Notes under the pieces: generated by a model
The model's input: the letters and a program-made list of their open reading frames with translations, nothing else
The model's database searches: none
What the model was told of the DNA's origin: nothing
Made by a program: the position numbers and the translations under genes
From: a virus
Direction: 5' to 3' (one strand)
Virus record (IMG/VR): IMGVR_UViG_3300014501_000015
Span: 5,710-69,709 of that record
DNA: 64,000 bases
In this document: positions 34,714 to 44,084 of the stretch, in pieces
How the letters are laid out: every line of letters begins with the position of its first letter
Numbering within the stretch: position 1 is the first letter of the stretch

Positions 34714-35385
34714 TTGACCTCATCCTCTCCCATCTGCATTTACAGCTGTGTCACGGGCCAGTACCACGCTGGCCTCCAGCCTCACCCGATCATCCCCGAC
34801 GTCGAATGGATCTGTTTCAGCGACACACTCACGAACCACCCCGATTGGGAGATCCGGCACATCGACGTACCTGTCGGCGTAAGCCCGCGCCGGGCGGCGA
34901 AGGGTCCGAAGATGCTCCCTCATGTGTTCGTCCCTGAGTTTCGTCGGAGCATTTGGATAGATGGCACCGTCCGCGTGGACTCGCCCGCTTTCGCTGCTGA
35001 GGCAATGGCATGGACGCATGGCAGCGGGATCGCCATGTTCCGCCACCCGCAGCGCCACGACATCTTCTCTGAGGCGGTGGTTTCGCTCACAATGGCCAAG
35101 TACCAGGACGAGCCCATCGTCGACCAGGCCAACTGGTACCGGGATCGCGGCATCCCGCACGATTCAGGACTATGGGCAGCGGGGATCATCGCTCGTGATG
35201 ACGAATCGGACCTGGTCAGGGCACTGGGAGAGGCATGGCTGGCGGAGATAGATCGCTGGTCGGTGCAGGACCAATTGGCATTGCCCTGGGTGCTTTGGAA
35301 GATGGGCGTCGAGCCCGGAGCGTTCCCCGCGAGTCTGTACGAAAACAGATGGCTGAGCGTGATGGGTCATAACCAGGATCGGTGA
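34714..35385 (+). CDS. DUF616 (TOD1/MUCI70-like) glycosyltransferase; start uncertain
   Basis: 'IYSCVTG.Y', 'KMLPH', 'SIWIDG', 'HPQR..IFSE', 'QDQLALP'. Confidence 0.75.
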   Translation: MTSSSPICIYSCVTGQYHAGLQPHPIIPDVEWICFSDTLTNHPDWEIRHIDVPVGVSPRRAAKGPKMLPHVFVPEFRRSIWIDGTVRVDSPAFAAEAMAWTHGSGIAMFRHPQRHDIFSEAVVSLTMAKYQDEPIVDQANWYRDRGIPHDSGLWAAGIIARDDESDLVRALGEAWLAEIDRWSVQDQLALPWVLWKMGVEPGAFPASLYENRWLSVMGHNQDR

Positions 35386-35429
35386 CATCCGTTACTTTCG
35401 ACCTAAGACGTGGTTTACTTACCCCCAAT

Positions 35430-35465
35430 CGAGTGCAACTCGGCGATTTGCCTCTGCGCAGCAGA
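35430..35465 (+). promoter_or_regulatory. twin GCA-triloop hairpin element, copy 2
   Basis: CGAGT-GCA-ACTCG GCGATTTGCC TCTGC-GCA-GCAGA upstream of the capsid GGAGG RBS. Confidence 0.7.
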
Positions 35466-35505
35466 TGGATAGCTAATCAATCCAACGCTGCACGGAGGCC
35501 ACGTC

Positions 35506-37737
35506 ATGAACAAGATCAGCCGGTTTGCAAGTTTCGATTCCGATGGCGACCTCGTCGCCCTGGTCGCCGAAGGACTCCCCGAGTACCCGGCTGACAACGA
35601 TCTCTCCACCCTGACCGACGAGCAGATCGGCGAACTTCACGCCGCCCTCGTCGAGTCCATCCCCACCCTGAGTGAGGACCCCGAGTTCGACCCCGCGGAT
35701 GCCACGGTCCTCGCCGAACGGATCACCGCATTGCGTGACGAGGCCGCTCGCCGGCTGGCCATTGAGCCACCGCCCGCCGCCGACCCGCCCGAGCCTGACC
35801 CCTCCGCCGATGAGCGGGTCGCCGCTCTGGCTGCGCTGGAAGCGTTGAACGCCCCCGTCGATCCGCCCGCTGAAGCCACCGTCACGGGCCTCAGCATCGC
35901 CCCGGCGCCGAGCCTCAGTGCCGAGGACATCGGGGCAGCTGTCACCGCGGGCATCACCGCTGCCGCACCGGCCATCGCCGAGGCAGCACGAGCAGGCCAG
36001 CCCGCCATCGCTCGTCAGCGTCCGACCGCTCGTGACCTCGCCGGGTATCGCCCGGCAGGCATGGAGCCATCCCCCGAGGCACACGCCCCGCGGCCCCGCC
36101 GTGGCCATCTGGTCAGCGCCGGTGACGTGCCGGGTCGCTCGATGGGTTCCGAATTGGAGACCATGGACGACATCGTGGCTGCGTTCCAGGCCCGCCACCG
36201 CACCATCGGCCGCACGTCCTCAGGCGTGGAGGAAGAGCGAGTCGTTGTCGCGACACTGTCGATGGCCGACACCGACATCCCCGAGAGTCGTGACCTCCGA
36301 GGGTTGAATCTCGTCGCCGACCGCGGGGAGATCAAGCGCAAGATCCGCGCGGTAGTCGGACTCGACGCCATCGGCATCGACCCGTGGACCCGCGAAGCCA
36401 AGCCCATCGGCAGGGGCGGCATCGCCATCGCCGACCCCGATGGGTTGGAGGCGTCCGGTGGACTCGCCGCTCCGGTCGAGCCGTACTACCCACAGCTCCA
36501 CGTGGGCCAGGCAGCGATGCCGACCTTCGATGCGATCCCCGGCTTCGTCGCCGAGCGTGGAGGTATCCGTCTGGTGTCCCCGGCGTCGCTCGCTTCCCTG
36601 GCTGCTGCCACGGTGCTCGGCGCGTTCGCTGACGGTGTCACCAACACCGACACCAGCTTCGTGTCGGCCACGGCAGCCTTCACCGGGGATGATGTCGGCC
36701 AGCCCATCGTCGGAGCGGGCATCCCTCCGGGTGACCGAATCGCCTCGGTCACCAACGGGACCACAGTGGTCTTGGAAGTGGCGACCACGGCGACGACGAC
36801 AGGAGTCGCCTTCCGCCTCCCGAGCCGGAACCCGTCCAACCTCGGCCCCGCCGTGGGACTCGTCACTGCCGCGCAAGACGCCGCCGGCCCGCCGAACACC
36901 GTCAAGTTCACCTTCGACGTGCCTCTCGGGACCCAGGTCGAGTTCGACGTGTACTCGGTCTACACCAGCCTCCAGTTCGGCAACCTGACCGCCCGGACGT
37001 TCCCCGAGCAGGTGGAGTTGAACATCCTGCTGGCGAACGACCTCGCGGCCCGGATCTCGGAGCAGGCGGCGCTCGACACCATCACCAACTGGTCGACGCT
37101 GCTGACCGCGGCCAAGACCTTCGGCACCGCTCGTCAGTTGCTCGCCCAGCTTGAGCACCAGGCCGGATACCTGCGGAACAGCCTCCGTATGGACCCGGCG
37201 GCGGTGCTCCGTGTCGGCCTTCCGGCGTGGTCGGTCAACGCCATGCGCGGCGACTACATCTCCTCCTTCATCGGTGGTGGCGATAACTGGGGGCTGAGCG
37301 ACGAGGAGCTGACGGCATGGTTCGCCGATCGTCACCTGCTCCCGTTCTTCTATCAGGACGGGCCGAGCGACATCGCCCAGTTGTTCCCAATCGTCGGGTC
37401 CGGCGCGATCAACGTCGGCTCGCCGGGTGCGACACCGGTGGCGATTCCCGACTACCCCGGCACCGGGGCGACCACATCGTTCCGCACGCAGGTCGTGTCG
37501 TTCATGTGGCCGGAGGGAACGTGGTTGGGGTTGACGACCGGAGAGCTGAACTTGGGACTCGTCCGTGACAGCATCTTGAACAGCCAGAACCGTTTTCGCA
37601 ACTTCAGTGAGACGTGGCAGACCCCCGCGTTCGTCGGTTCGATCGGTTCGTCCCTGCGGACGGTTCATACGGTCGCCAGCGATGGCTCCTACGGCGCGGC
37701 TGCCTCAGTCGTGCTCGGTGTCGGCTCGGGTCTGTAG
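35506..37737 (+). CDS. major capsid protein with N-terminal scaffold-like region and inserted domain
   Basis: 'ASGG..AP.EPYY', 'RGGIRL', 'FGNLTARTFPE', 'LNLGLVRDS.LN..N.F..FSE'. Confidence 0.8.
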   Translation: MNKISRFASFDSDGDLVALVAEGLPEYPADNDLSTLTDEQIGELHAALVESIPTLSEDPEFDPADATVLAERITALRDEAARRLAIEPPPAADPPEPDPSADERVAALAALEALNAPVDPPAEATVTGLSIAPAPSLSAEDIGAAVTAGITAAAPAIAEAARAGQPAIARQRPTARDLAGYRPAGMEPSPEAHAPRPRRGHLVSAGDVPGRSMGSELETMDDIVAAFQARHRTIGRTSSGVEEERVVVATLSMADTDIPESRDLRGLNLVADRGEIKRKIRAVVGLDAIGIDPWTREAKPIGRGGIAIADPDGLEASGGLAAPVEPYYPQLHVGQAAMPTFDAIPGFVAERGGIRLVSPASLASLAAATVLGAFADGVTNTDTSFVSATAAFTGDDVGQPIVGAGIPPGDRIASVTNGTTVVLEVATTATTTGVAFRLPSRNPSNLGPAVGLVTAAQDAAGPPNTVKFTFDVPLGTQVEFDVYSVYTSLQFGNLTARTFPEQVELNILLANDLAARISEQAALDTITNWSTLLTAAKTFGTARQLLAQLEHQAGYLRNSLRMDPAAVLRVGLPAWSVNAMRGDYISSFIGGGDNWGLSDEELTAWFADRHLLPFFYQDGPSDIAQLFPIVGSGAINVGSPGATPVAIPDYPGTGATTSFRTQVVSFMWPEGTWLGLTTGELNLGLVRDSILNSQNRFRNFSETWQTPAFVGSIGSSLRTVHTVASDGSYGAAASVVLGVGSGL

Positions 37738-37777
37738 TCCTCGGTTCACGGGTTAGCGCAGAGAGAGGAGGACTGGG

Positions 37778-39169
37778 ATGGGATTTTCCGCATCGGCGGG
37801 CATAGATTTCACGCTTCCTGCCGCGCCCCCGCTCACCCAGCCTCCGCTTTCCCTGCTCGATCTCGCCATCCTGCTCATCGACATTCAGGGCCTCACCGAG
37901 AAGCTCCGTATCGTCAACGAGAAGGCTGCCAGCGCCGCTGAGAGGCTCGCTGACCTACCGAGTGGTGATGAGGAGCGGGACCAGGGTGGAGCGGCTGACA
38001 GCGTGGAGGACGCCGCACGCACCATCGCCCAGCTCGCCAGTGAGTACCAGCAGACCATCGTCGAGAATGAGCAGTGGGGGTCCGACCTCGCCAAGCGCCT
38101 CGCCGAGTTGTCCCGGTGGGAGCACGGATTCGTCTACCTCCCCGAGCTGAGCAACGCCGAAGGGCTGGAGACATTCGCCCCTGACTCGGGGCTGACCAAG
38201 AACATCGGGTCGAATCAAGCTCCAGGAGAGGCGCCGTTCTACTGGTATGACCCCTACGTCGTCGTGGCGCGTGATGACCGGTCCCTGTTCGGGTGGCCGA
38301 ACGAGGACTTCGCCAGTCGCGCACTCCGCGCTAATCGGGCGCTACTCGCCCACGAGTCCTGGCAGGTCGAGCAAGAGTTCTGGTCCGGCGCCCGCATCCC
38401 GACCAACTACCACCTGACGGCTTCTCCGTCTACGCCCGTGGTGTCGCCCCATCGCACTATCGACGCCTGGCCGAACCCGACCCCCGCGCCGGGCACGGTG
38501 CTCGGTACCGCCCTCGGTATTGCCGGGTCACTCTCCGCGCTCGACCAGGCCATCGCCGACTCCGAAGCCGGGACTGGGTCGATTCACGCGACACCGTTCT
38601 TGGTGCAGGAGTGGATGGGCCGGTTCAACTACCTGCGCGACTCGGACGGCAAGGTCTACACGGTCAACCACAACCTTCTCGTGCCCGGTTTCGGCTACGG
38701 CGGGACGGGACCGGACGCCGCGGGATTGACGCTGACCGACCTCATCATCTCGGACACCTCGACCACGGCGACCTCGGCGACCGGTGGGTTCGACTCGACG
38801 TACATCGGCAGGCAAGTTGAAGTCACGTCGGGCGGGACAGGCACGCTCAACAGCCCCACGTACATCGAGAGCGTCACCGACACCAATACCGTCGTCCTCT
38901 CGCAACTCCCGGCGACCTCGGGCACCGCGCACGTCACCGTCTCAGGTATGGGTGGTCGCGCTACCGGAGCGTCGACACAGTGGGCGTATGCCACCGAGCA
39001 GGTCTACACACTCCGCGGCGACGTGATGACCTACCCCTACGACCTTCGCGAGGGTTCGCCCCTGGTCACCGTGGACAACTCAGTCGATGTCCGGGCCGAG
39101 CGGTCGTGGGCCACCATCACCAATCGGCTGCTACGCGCCGCGGTTCTCGTGGATACGACAGTCGCATGA
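37778..39169 (+). CDS. virion structural protein (minor capsid/decoration-like)
   Basis: Follows the capsid gene; 'VEQEFW.G', 'IHATP', 'WAYAT', 'VRAER'. Confidence 0.6.
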   Translation: MGFSASAGIDFTLPAAPPLTQPPLSLLDLAILLIDIQGLTEKLRIVNEKAASAAERLADLPSGDEERDQGGAADSVEDAARTIAQLASEYQQTIVENEQWGSDLAKRLAELSRWEHGFVYLPELSNAEGLETFAPDSGLTKNIGSNQAPGEAPFYWYDPYVVVARDDRSLFGWPNEDFASRALRANRALLAHESWQVEQEFWSGARIPTNYHLTASPSTPVVSPHRTIDAWPNPTPAPGTVLGTALGIAGSLSALDQAIADSEAGTGSIHATPFLVQEWMGRFNYLRDSDGKVYTVNHNLLVPGFGYGGTGPDAAGLTLTDLIISDTSTTATSATGGFDSTYIGRQVEVTSGGTGTLNSPTYIESVTDTNTVVLSQLPATSGTAHVTVSGMGGRATGASTQWAYATEQVYTLRGDVMTYPYDLREGSPLVTVDNSVDVRAERSWATITNRLLRAAVLVDTTVA

Positions 39170-39199
39170 TCTATCGCATCACTACAGGAGGTTTGACCA

Positions 39200-40162
39200 A
39201 TGGCAGATAACGGCCCGATCGCGGTTCAAGGGTGTGCCTACAGGCTCACCGCGCTCAATGCCGACGGCTCGATCACCGCGGCCAACACCACCGGCATGAT
39301 CGCCGATGACAAGCCGTTGGTGAAGTTCGAAGCCAAGCCCGTCTACGAGAACGGCGTGGAGATCACGCCCATCTCGGCATGCGGCATCCCGATTGCCTCC
39401 TACAAGGACTACGACCGGTACAAGCGATGGGACATCACCCTCACGCTGGGTGATTGGGACCCCGAGCAGATGGAGCTCCTGTCCTCGGGCCAGGGCTCGC
39501 TCATCACCGCGTCGGGGACTTCGGGACGGGTGTTCGTCGACGGCGTGGTCGTGGAGAACTCCAACGTCCTGACCTCGGCCGCGGATGCCACCTTCCTCGC
39601 TTCCGATGTCGGGCGTTCAGTCGCGGGTACGGGCATCTCCGTATCCCCGGTCCCTTATATCTCCGAGTTCATCTCAACCACCGAAGTCCGGATGAGCCTC
39701 CCCGCTATCTCATCGGAGAGCGCTGAGTCCATCACCCTCGGCGCCCAGCCGGTCGGGACCATCGGGTACAACTTCCCGCGCCTGCTCTGCCCGGCCCAGC
39801 CCAACGGCATCAGCATCGAGATTTGGAGCAAGCTGATTGTGCGTTGCACCGGCTACCAGGGCACGACTCCCTACCCGTCGGCAGGCACGCCGTCGATCCC
39901 CGGTTCCGCCTATCTCCGCACCGGGATCTTCCGTTCCTACCTGTGGCAGGACGCGGTCGGCATCGAGAACAAGGAAGACCAGCAGGTGTGGCGCGGGTGG
40001 GCTATCGAGAACCCGAACTTCGGCACCGGTCCCGAGTTGGACTGGACGGAGACGGGTCTTATCGGTGGCACGCCGATCGATACCCAGTCGTGGGCCGCGC
40101 AGCTTTGCGATATTGCTTTGCCCGCTACACTCCAAAGCGGGTTTCAGACTACCCACGCCTAG
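39200..40162 (+). CDS. major tail (tube) protein
   Basis: 'RLTALNADGS', 'YENGVEI...ACG', 'NGISIEIWS', 'ENPNFGTGP..DW'. Confidence 0.7.
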   Translation: MADNGPIAVQGCAYRLTALNADGSITAANTTGMIADDKPLVKFEAKPVYENGVEITPISACGIPIASYKDYDRYKRWDITLTLGDWDPEQMELLSSGQGSLITASGTSGRVFVDGVVVENSNVLTSAADATFLASDVGRSVAGTGISVSPVPYISEFISTTEVRMSLPAISSESAESITLGAQPVGTIGYNFPRLLCPAQPNGISIEIWSKLIVRCTGYQGTTPYPSAGTPSIPGSAYLRTGIFRSYLWQDAVGIENKEDQQVWRGWAIENPNFGTGPELDWTETGLIGGTPIDTQSWAAQLCDIALPATLQSGFQTTHA

Positions 40163-40372
40163 TTTGACCTGGACTTCTATATCGCCGAATCGTTTCATAG
40201 GTATACTGAGAGGTATGAAGAAGCAGTGTCGCCAGTCCCGGGAATGGTCCGCTGCACACCCCGAGCGTCGCCGGGAAATCTGGCAGGCATCTCGTGAGCG
40301 CCAGCGTGCCCGCATGATCTACAACACCGAGTCCCCGAGCGTCTAGGCTCGCCCTAACCGAAAGAGGTCCCC

Positions 40373-40540
40373 ATGGCCGAATTTCCCAATCCCGCGATCA
40401 TCGAGGGTGCCGCCCCAAGCGATGGACAGGTCGCGGCATATCAGGCCTCGCTCAATCGTTGGATCGCTGTCACTCCTGCCGGCGCGCAAGGAGCTACGGG
40501 GGCTCAAGGTGCACAGGGACCGCAAGGCGCACAGGGCTAG
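40373..40540 (+). CDS. 55-aa mini-collagen protein
   Basis: AAAGAGG RBS; MAEFPNPAIIEGAAPSDGQ...W...(GXX)6G; below the ORF-track cutoff. Confidence 0.65.
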   Translation: MAEFPNPAIIEGAAPSDGQVAAYQASLNRWIAVTPAGAQGATGAQGAQGPQGAQG

Positions 40541-40563
40541 TCCGAGGTCTGTAGCCTTAGCCC

Positions 40564-41418
40564 ATGACCGTCGAGCCGCAGAGCCAGCACTTCCTCGCGG
40601 CTTGGTGCTCTGAGGAAGAGATACCGGCCGGGCGTCGGAAGAACCTCGACGATATCTCGGTCGCGTTTGCCATCAGCGTTGCGACCGATTTGCTGTACGT
40701 TCTTTCCGGGCGGCAGTTCAGGTCAGGGCGCTCATTGGTGAGGCCGACGCAAATCGATTCCGCCTACGGACAGCAGAGCTATCTCTACCCGTACTCAAGT
40801 ATGAGCGGCTACGGGAGCGCGTGGGGATTTTCGAGTGGCTGGGCATTCTCGGCCATGGGCATGGGGTGGTGGGCAGGAGGCCAGGATCTCAGCGAGTGTG
40901 TACTCCAGGGACCTGTTCAGGAGATCGAATGGGTGATCGTTGACGGCACCGTTCTCGACCCTTCCGATTACACCCTCTACGAAAAACGCCGGCTGGTCCG
41001 CAACGTCGACGCCACTGGTCAGACGACCGGTAGCTGGCCGTGGCTGCAACCGCTTACGCTGCCCTTGACCGAGCCGGGAACCTGGGGAATCTCATATCGC
41101 TGGGGTAAGGACCCACCGCCGGCCGGGAAGGCGGCAGCAATTGAGCTTGCGATCGAAGTCGCTCGATCCTTGTCCGGCGATGACAACGCCCGACTCCCGG
41201 CACGAGTTATCTCGGTAGCGACTCAGGGTGTCTCGACCGCCGTCGGGGACGCACTTTCGTTTGTGAAGGAATCGCTTTCGGGTATCCCCTTGGTCGATCT
41301 GTTTCTACAGGCACAGAACCCGGCGAAGCTCCGTCGTCGGACCGTGATGTTGGGGCCGAATTCGATACTCAAGCGTGAGATGGATAGCTGGCCCGCTGGC
41401 GTCCCCGGACCTCCATGA
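40564..41418 (+). CDS. head-to-tail adaptor
   Basis: 'ATDLLYVLSGRQF', 'ISYRWGKDPP..GK.AA.ELA', 'RLPARV.SV..QGVS', 'GIPLVDLFL...NP'. Confidence 0.7.
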   Translation: MTVEPQSQHFLAAWCSEEEIPAGRRKNLDDISVAFAISVATDLLYVLSGRQFRSGRSLVRPTQIDSAYGQQSYLYPYSSMSGYGSAWGFSSGWAFSAMGMGWWAGGQDLSECVLQGPVQEIEWVIVDGTVLDPSDYTLYEKRRLVRNVDATGQTTGSWPWLQPLTLPLTEPGTWGISYRWGKDPPPAGKAAAIELAIEVARSLSGDDNARLPARVISVATQGVSTAVGDALSFVKESLSGIPLVDLFLQAQNPAKLRRRTVMLGPNSILKREMDSWPAGVPGPP

Positions 41419-42011
41419 GGATCGTAGGGTTCCCTCTCCAGGCCACGTGGATCCCCGACCTCGATCGTCTAGGGGATGCCGGCGAAATCCTGCTCGACGT
41501 CGCGGGACAGGCTTTGGATTTCTTTCCCCTTGGAGCGGGCACCCGTGGTACCCCCTACGAGAGGCGGGTGCTCACCACCGGCCAGATAGTTCCTCTCGTC
41601 CCTGAGCAAGACGGGCAGCTCTCGGTCAGTCTCATGGAGGTGTTCCTCGGACGCGCGGGCGAGCAACGGTTCCAGCAGGACAAGGGGACGCTAGGGGCTT
41701 ACGCCCAACGCAACGTCCGGTTCCAGGCCCAGCTCGCTCGCACGTCCCCGACGATCACCGGAGGCATCTCTCCTCGCATGCAGGAGCCCGACGACCTCGA
41801 AGACTACGCGCGGACGTTATGGATGGACTCGTATGTGGTTTGGTCAGCGCTACTCGCGATGTCCCTCGGAGGCATCACCGATGCAACCACCGGCGAGCAG
41901 TTGAGCCCGGCGCCGATCTCGCAAGACAATATTCTTGTCGGGCCGATCACTTTCGACCCGCCTGCCGGCGGATTAGCCGTGGCGAAGATCGAAGTTTCAG
42001 TACAGATGTAG
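41415..42011 (+). CDS. putative tail terminator/neck protein
   Basis: Position; C-terminal 'PAGG.....V.V'. Confidence 0.5.
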   Translation: MRIVGFPLQATWIPDLDRLGDAGEILLDVAGQALDFFPLGAGTRGTPYERRVLTTGQIVPLVPEQDGQLSVSLMEVFLGRAGEQRFQQDKGTLGAYAQRNVRFQAQLARTSPTITGGISPRMQEPDDLEDYARTLWMDSYVVWSALLAMSLGGITDATTGEQLSPAPISQDNILVGPITFDPPAGGLAVAKIEVSVQM

Positions 42012-42028
42012 GGAGGAGGTGAAAGCGT

Positions 42029-42247
42029 ATGTGCAACATCACTGTGGGTCGGTATCCAAAGCCGACCGATGAGGAGCGAGCAGAGATTGAGGCAGCCAGT
42101 CCTGGCTGTCATTGGCCGGCTGACTGTTGGCAGGGATGGATCGAACCCGACGATTTGTCGTGGATTGCATTCATTGACGTCGATGGGAGACCGACATTCT
42201 TCCTCGATCGTGACCCGGCAACGGGAGCCGTGCTCGAAGCGGCATGA
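42029..42247 (+). CDS. hypothetical protein
   Basis: GGAGGTG RBS. Confidence 0.55.
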   Translation: MCNITVGRYPKPTDEERAEIEAASPGCHWPADCWQGWIEPDDLSWIAFIDVDGRPTFFLDRDPATGAVLEAA

Positions 42248-42314
42248 GTGGGCGCAGCCGGGGGATGACCGGCTCTGCGTTATCGCCGGATCTTTCCAAC
42301 GATAGGGAGACACA

Positions 42315-42512
42315 ATGACAGGCATGAACTCAATCGCACTAATCGTGCTCGCGGTCGCCGCGCTCTGCCGCCTGGTGGTGCTGGTGTGGCCCCCGCCCAA
42401 GCTCAAGATACGACGGGTGCTCACGGATCTCGCCTGGTTCCTGTTCGTGACCGGGTTCATTCTCTGGGCGCTCTTCGACTTCTGGATCGTGGCGCCCGTC
42501 GGCCACGGCTAG
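42315..42512 (+). CDS. small two-TM membrane protein
   Basis: Two hydrophobic segments; GGGAG RBS. Confidence 0.55.
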   Translation: MTGMNSIALIVLAVAALCRLVVLVWPPPKLKIRRVLTDLAWFLFVTGFILWALFDFWIVAPVGHG

Positions 42513-42820
42513 AAACGTTTGCGGTCCCTCTTGGTGGAGATCTTGGTCGCGGCCCAGAGATCTAGGCGAGGATCGCTTCTATGGACGAGATGGGCTGCGT
42601 CGTGGTGCTTCCGACACAGGGGGATGAGATCCATCAGACGCTCACGACCGAGGTTCTTGTAGGTGCGATGGTGAAGATCGAACTGCTTGTTTCCACAGAC
42701 TACGCAATGTTGCGGAAGCCGATTCTGGCGATATCGGGCCTTGACCGCCTTCCAAGCGTCTGAACGGATGTACTCCGCATAACCCCTACGATCCACCGTC
42801 CTGCGGCCAGGCACGCCCAT
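42509..42820 (-). CDS. small HNH endonuclease
   Basis: 'YIRSDAWK...CVVCG...LHHRTY.NLG.E...DLIPLC..HH..AH'. Confidence 0.8.
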   Translation of the reverse strand: MGVPGRRTVDRRGYAEYIRSDAWKAVKARYRQNRLPQHCVVCGNKQFDLHHRTYKNLGRERLMDLIPLCRKHHDAAHLVHRSDPRLDLWAATKISTKRDRKRF

Positions 42821-42824
42821 GTCG

Positions 42825-43343
42825 CTATGACCTCGGCAGCAATCCGAGCGAACGACATCGCATGACCCACTTAGCGGCTGCCGACCGGCTCACACCCCAA
42901 CCACGGGCAACGTCGAGCGTGGGGGAGTGCGATCCGTCTTCGACGGTTTTCAGGTAATACCCCGCTACTAGCCGGTAGTGGCCGTTGTCGTAGAGCAGAG
43001 GTCGTCCTTTCTTGTGGGGGCGTAAAGCCGCCGCGGCTTCCCTGACCACGTCAGAGTTCCCAGAGGCGCTCAGAACGGCTCTGAGCGTGTCCGTGAGGGC
43101 TTCTAGCCTTAGTCCTGCGAGGTCGGAGGACCGAAGGGGGAGTGCAGGCCATGGGAGTAGATCGTCAGTCGGATCGCCTGCCGGGCCGAGCGAGGTCCGA
43201 GCCGTACCCGGTTCTTCGGCCCAGCACTCCAATCCCACCAACACTGTCTCGCCAGCTCGCTCGTTGGTATGGAGACCGACCCACAGCGGGCCGATGTCAC
43301 GGTCAGGATGTCGAATCCACAGACTCCCTCGTGTATCGGGCAC
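42825..43343 (-). CDS. putative DNA-binding regulator with C-terminal HTH
   Basis: 'GRP...HY.LVA.YY...PT..VA..WGVSRSAAAKWV.RCR.LGLL'; TATACT 6 nt before GTG. Confidence 0.6.
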   Translation of the reverse strand: MPDTRGSLWIRHPDRDIGPLWVGLHTNERAGETVLVGLECWAEEPGTARTSLGPAGDPTDDLLPWPALPLRSSDLAGLRLEALTDTLRAVLSASGNSDVVREAAAALRPHKKGRPLLYDNGHYRLVAGYYLKTVEDGSHSPTLDVARGWGVSRSAAAKWVMRCRSLGLLPRS

Positions 43344-43434
43344 GTTTCAAGTATACCGCCGTTCCATAAGGGTGTCCCGAAATAGGGATACCGTCCGGCT
43401 ATCTCGGCCATTCGCCATCGCCCATACTTGCCTC

Positions 43435-43635
43435 ATGCCGCCACCACCCACCGGGCATCTTCGGGTCTACGTCTTCAACAGCGTCGGACCTTTGCGCGGC
43501 CACCGTTGGCAAGATGTCCCCGACACCCCGCGAGTCCGCGGTTGGATCGACGCCGGCCACCTGAGTCTGACCGGCCCGTTCTTCGATGAGCCTCCGGTCG
43601 ATCTCCCGGCCCGACGATGCTGTGGTGCGCGATGA
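43435..43635 (+). CDS. small hypothetical protein
   Basis: CATACT-N6-ATG; ATGA-coupled to the next gene. Confidence 0.45.
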   Translation: MPPPPTGHLRVYVFNSVGPLRGHRWQDVPDTPRVRGWIDAGHLSLTGPFFDEPPVDLPARRCCGAR

Positions 43636-44084
43636 CCACGGTCGATAGCAGTCGGTATATCGGGGTTCCCGCGCCAGTCATCGCCGCCGCGCTCGCTGAC
43701 CTCTCCCAGTGGCACGTCCTCGGGGAACGCATGCTGGCGATGGCGAAGAAGGAATGCCCGGTCGGCAAGAGCCAGGAACTCGGCGCCGGCTACGGCAAGG
43801 AGTCGGGCGGCGAGCATCTTCGGGATTCGCTCCAGGTTCGCTACGTCTTCTGCCCCGACCCGAGTATCCAGATCGGCTCGACGATGACTCGCGGCAGCGG
43901 CAACGTCTCCGCTCTCGGACTCATCGAGGACGGGACCGACGCGCACGTCATCACCGGTAGCCCGCTGGCGTTCACCTGGGGCGGCAAGCAAGTGTTCTTC
44001 ACGACCGTCCATCACCCCGGAACCAAGAAAAACGCGTTCGTTGAACGTGCGATGCGCACTGTGATTCTCGAAGCCGTCACATGA
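43632..44084 (+). CDS. HK97 gp10-like tail completion protein
   Basis: 'AKKECPV...LRDS...EDGT..H.I...LAF.....VF..TVHHPGTK.N.F..RA'. Confidence 0.75.
   Translation: MTTVDSSRYIGVPAPVIAAALADLSQWHVLGERMLAMAKKECPVGKSQELGAGYGKESGGEHLRDSLQVRYVFCPDPSIQIGSTMTRGSGNVSALGLIEDGTDAHVITGSPLAFTWGGKQVFFTTVHHPGTKKNAFVERAMRTVILEAVT

Noticed and set aside
36220-37668. Long antisense ORF over the capsid gene (and similar ones elsewhere)
   Set aside because: Typical high-GC antisense shadows
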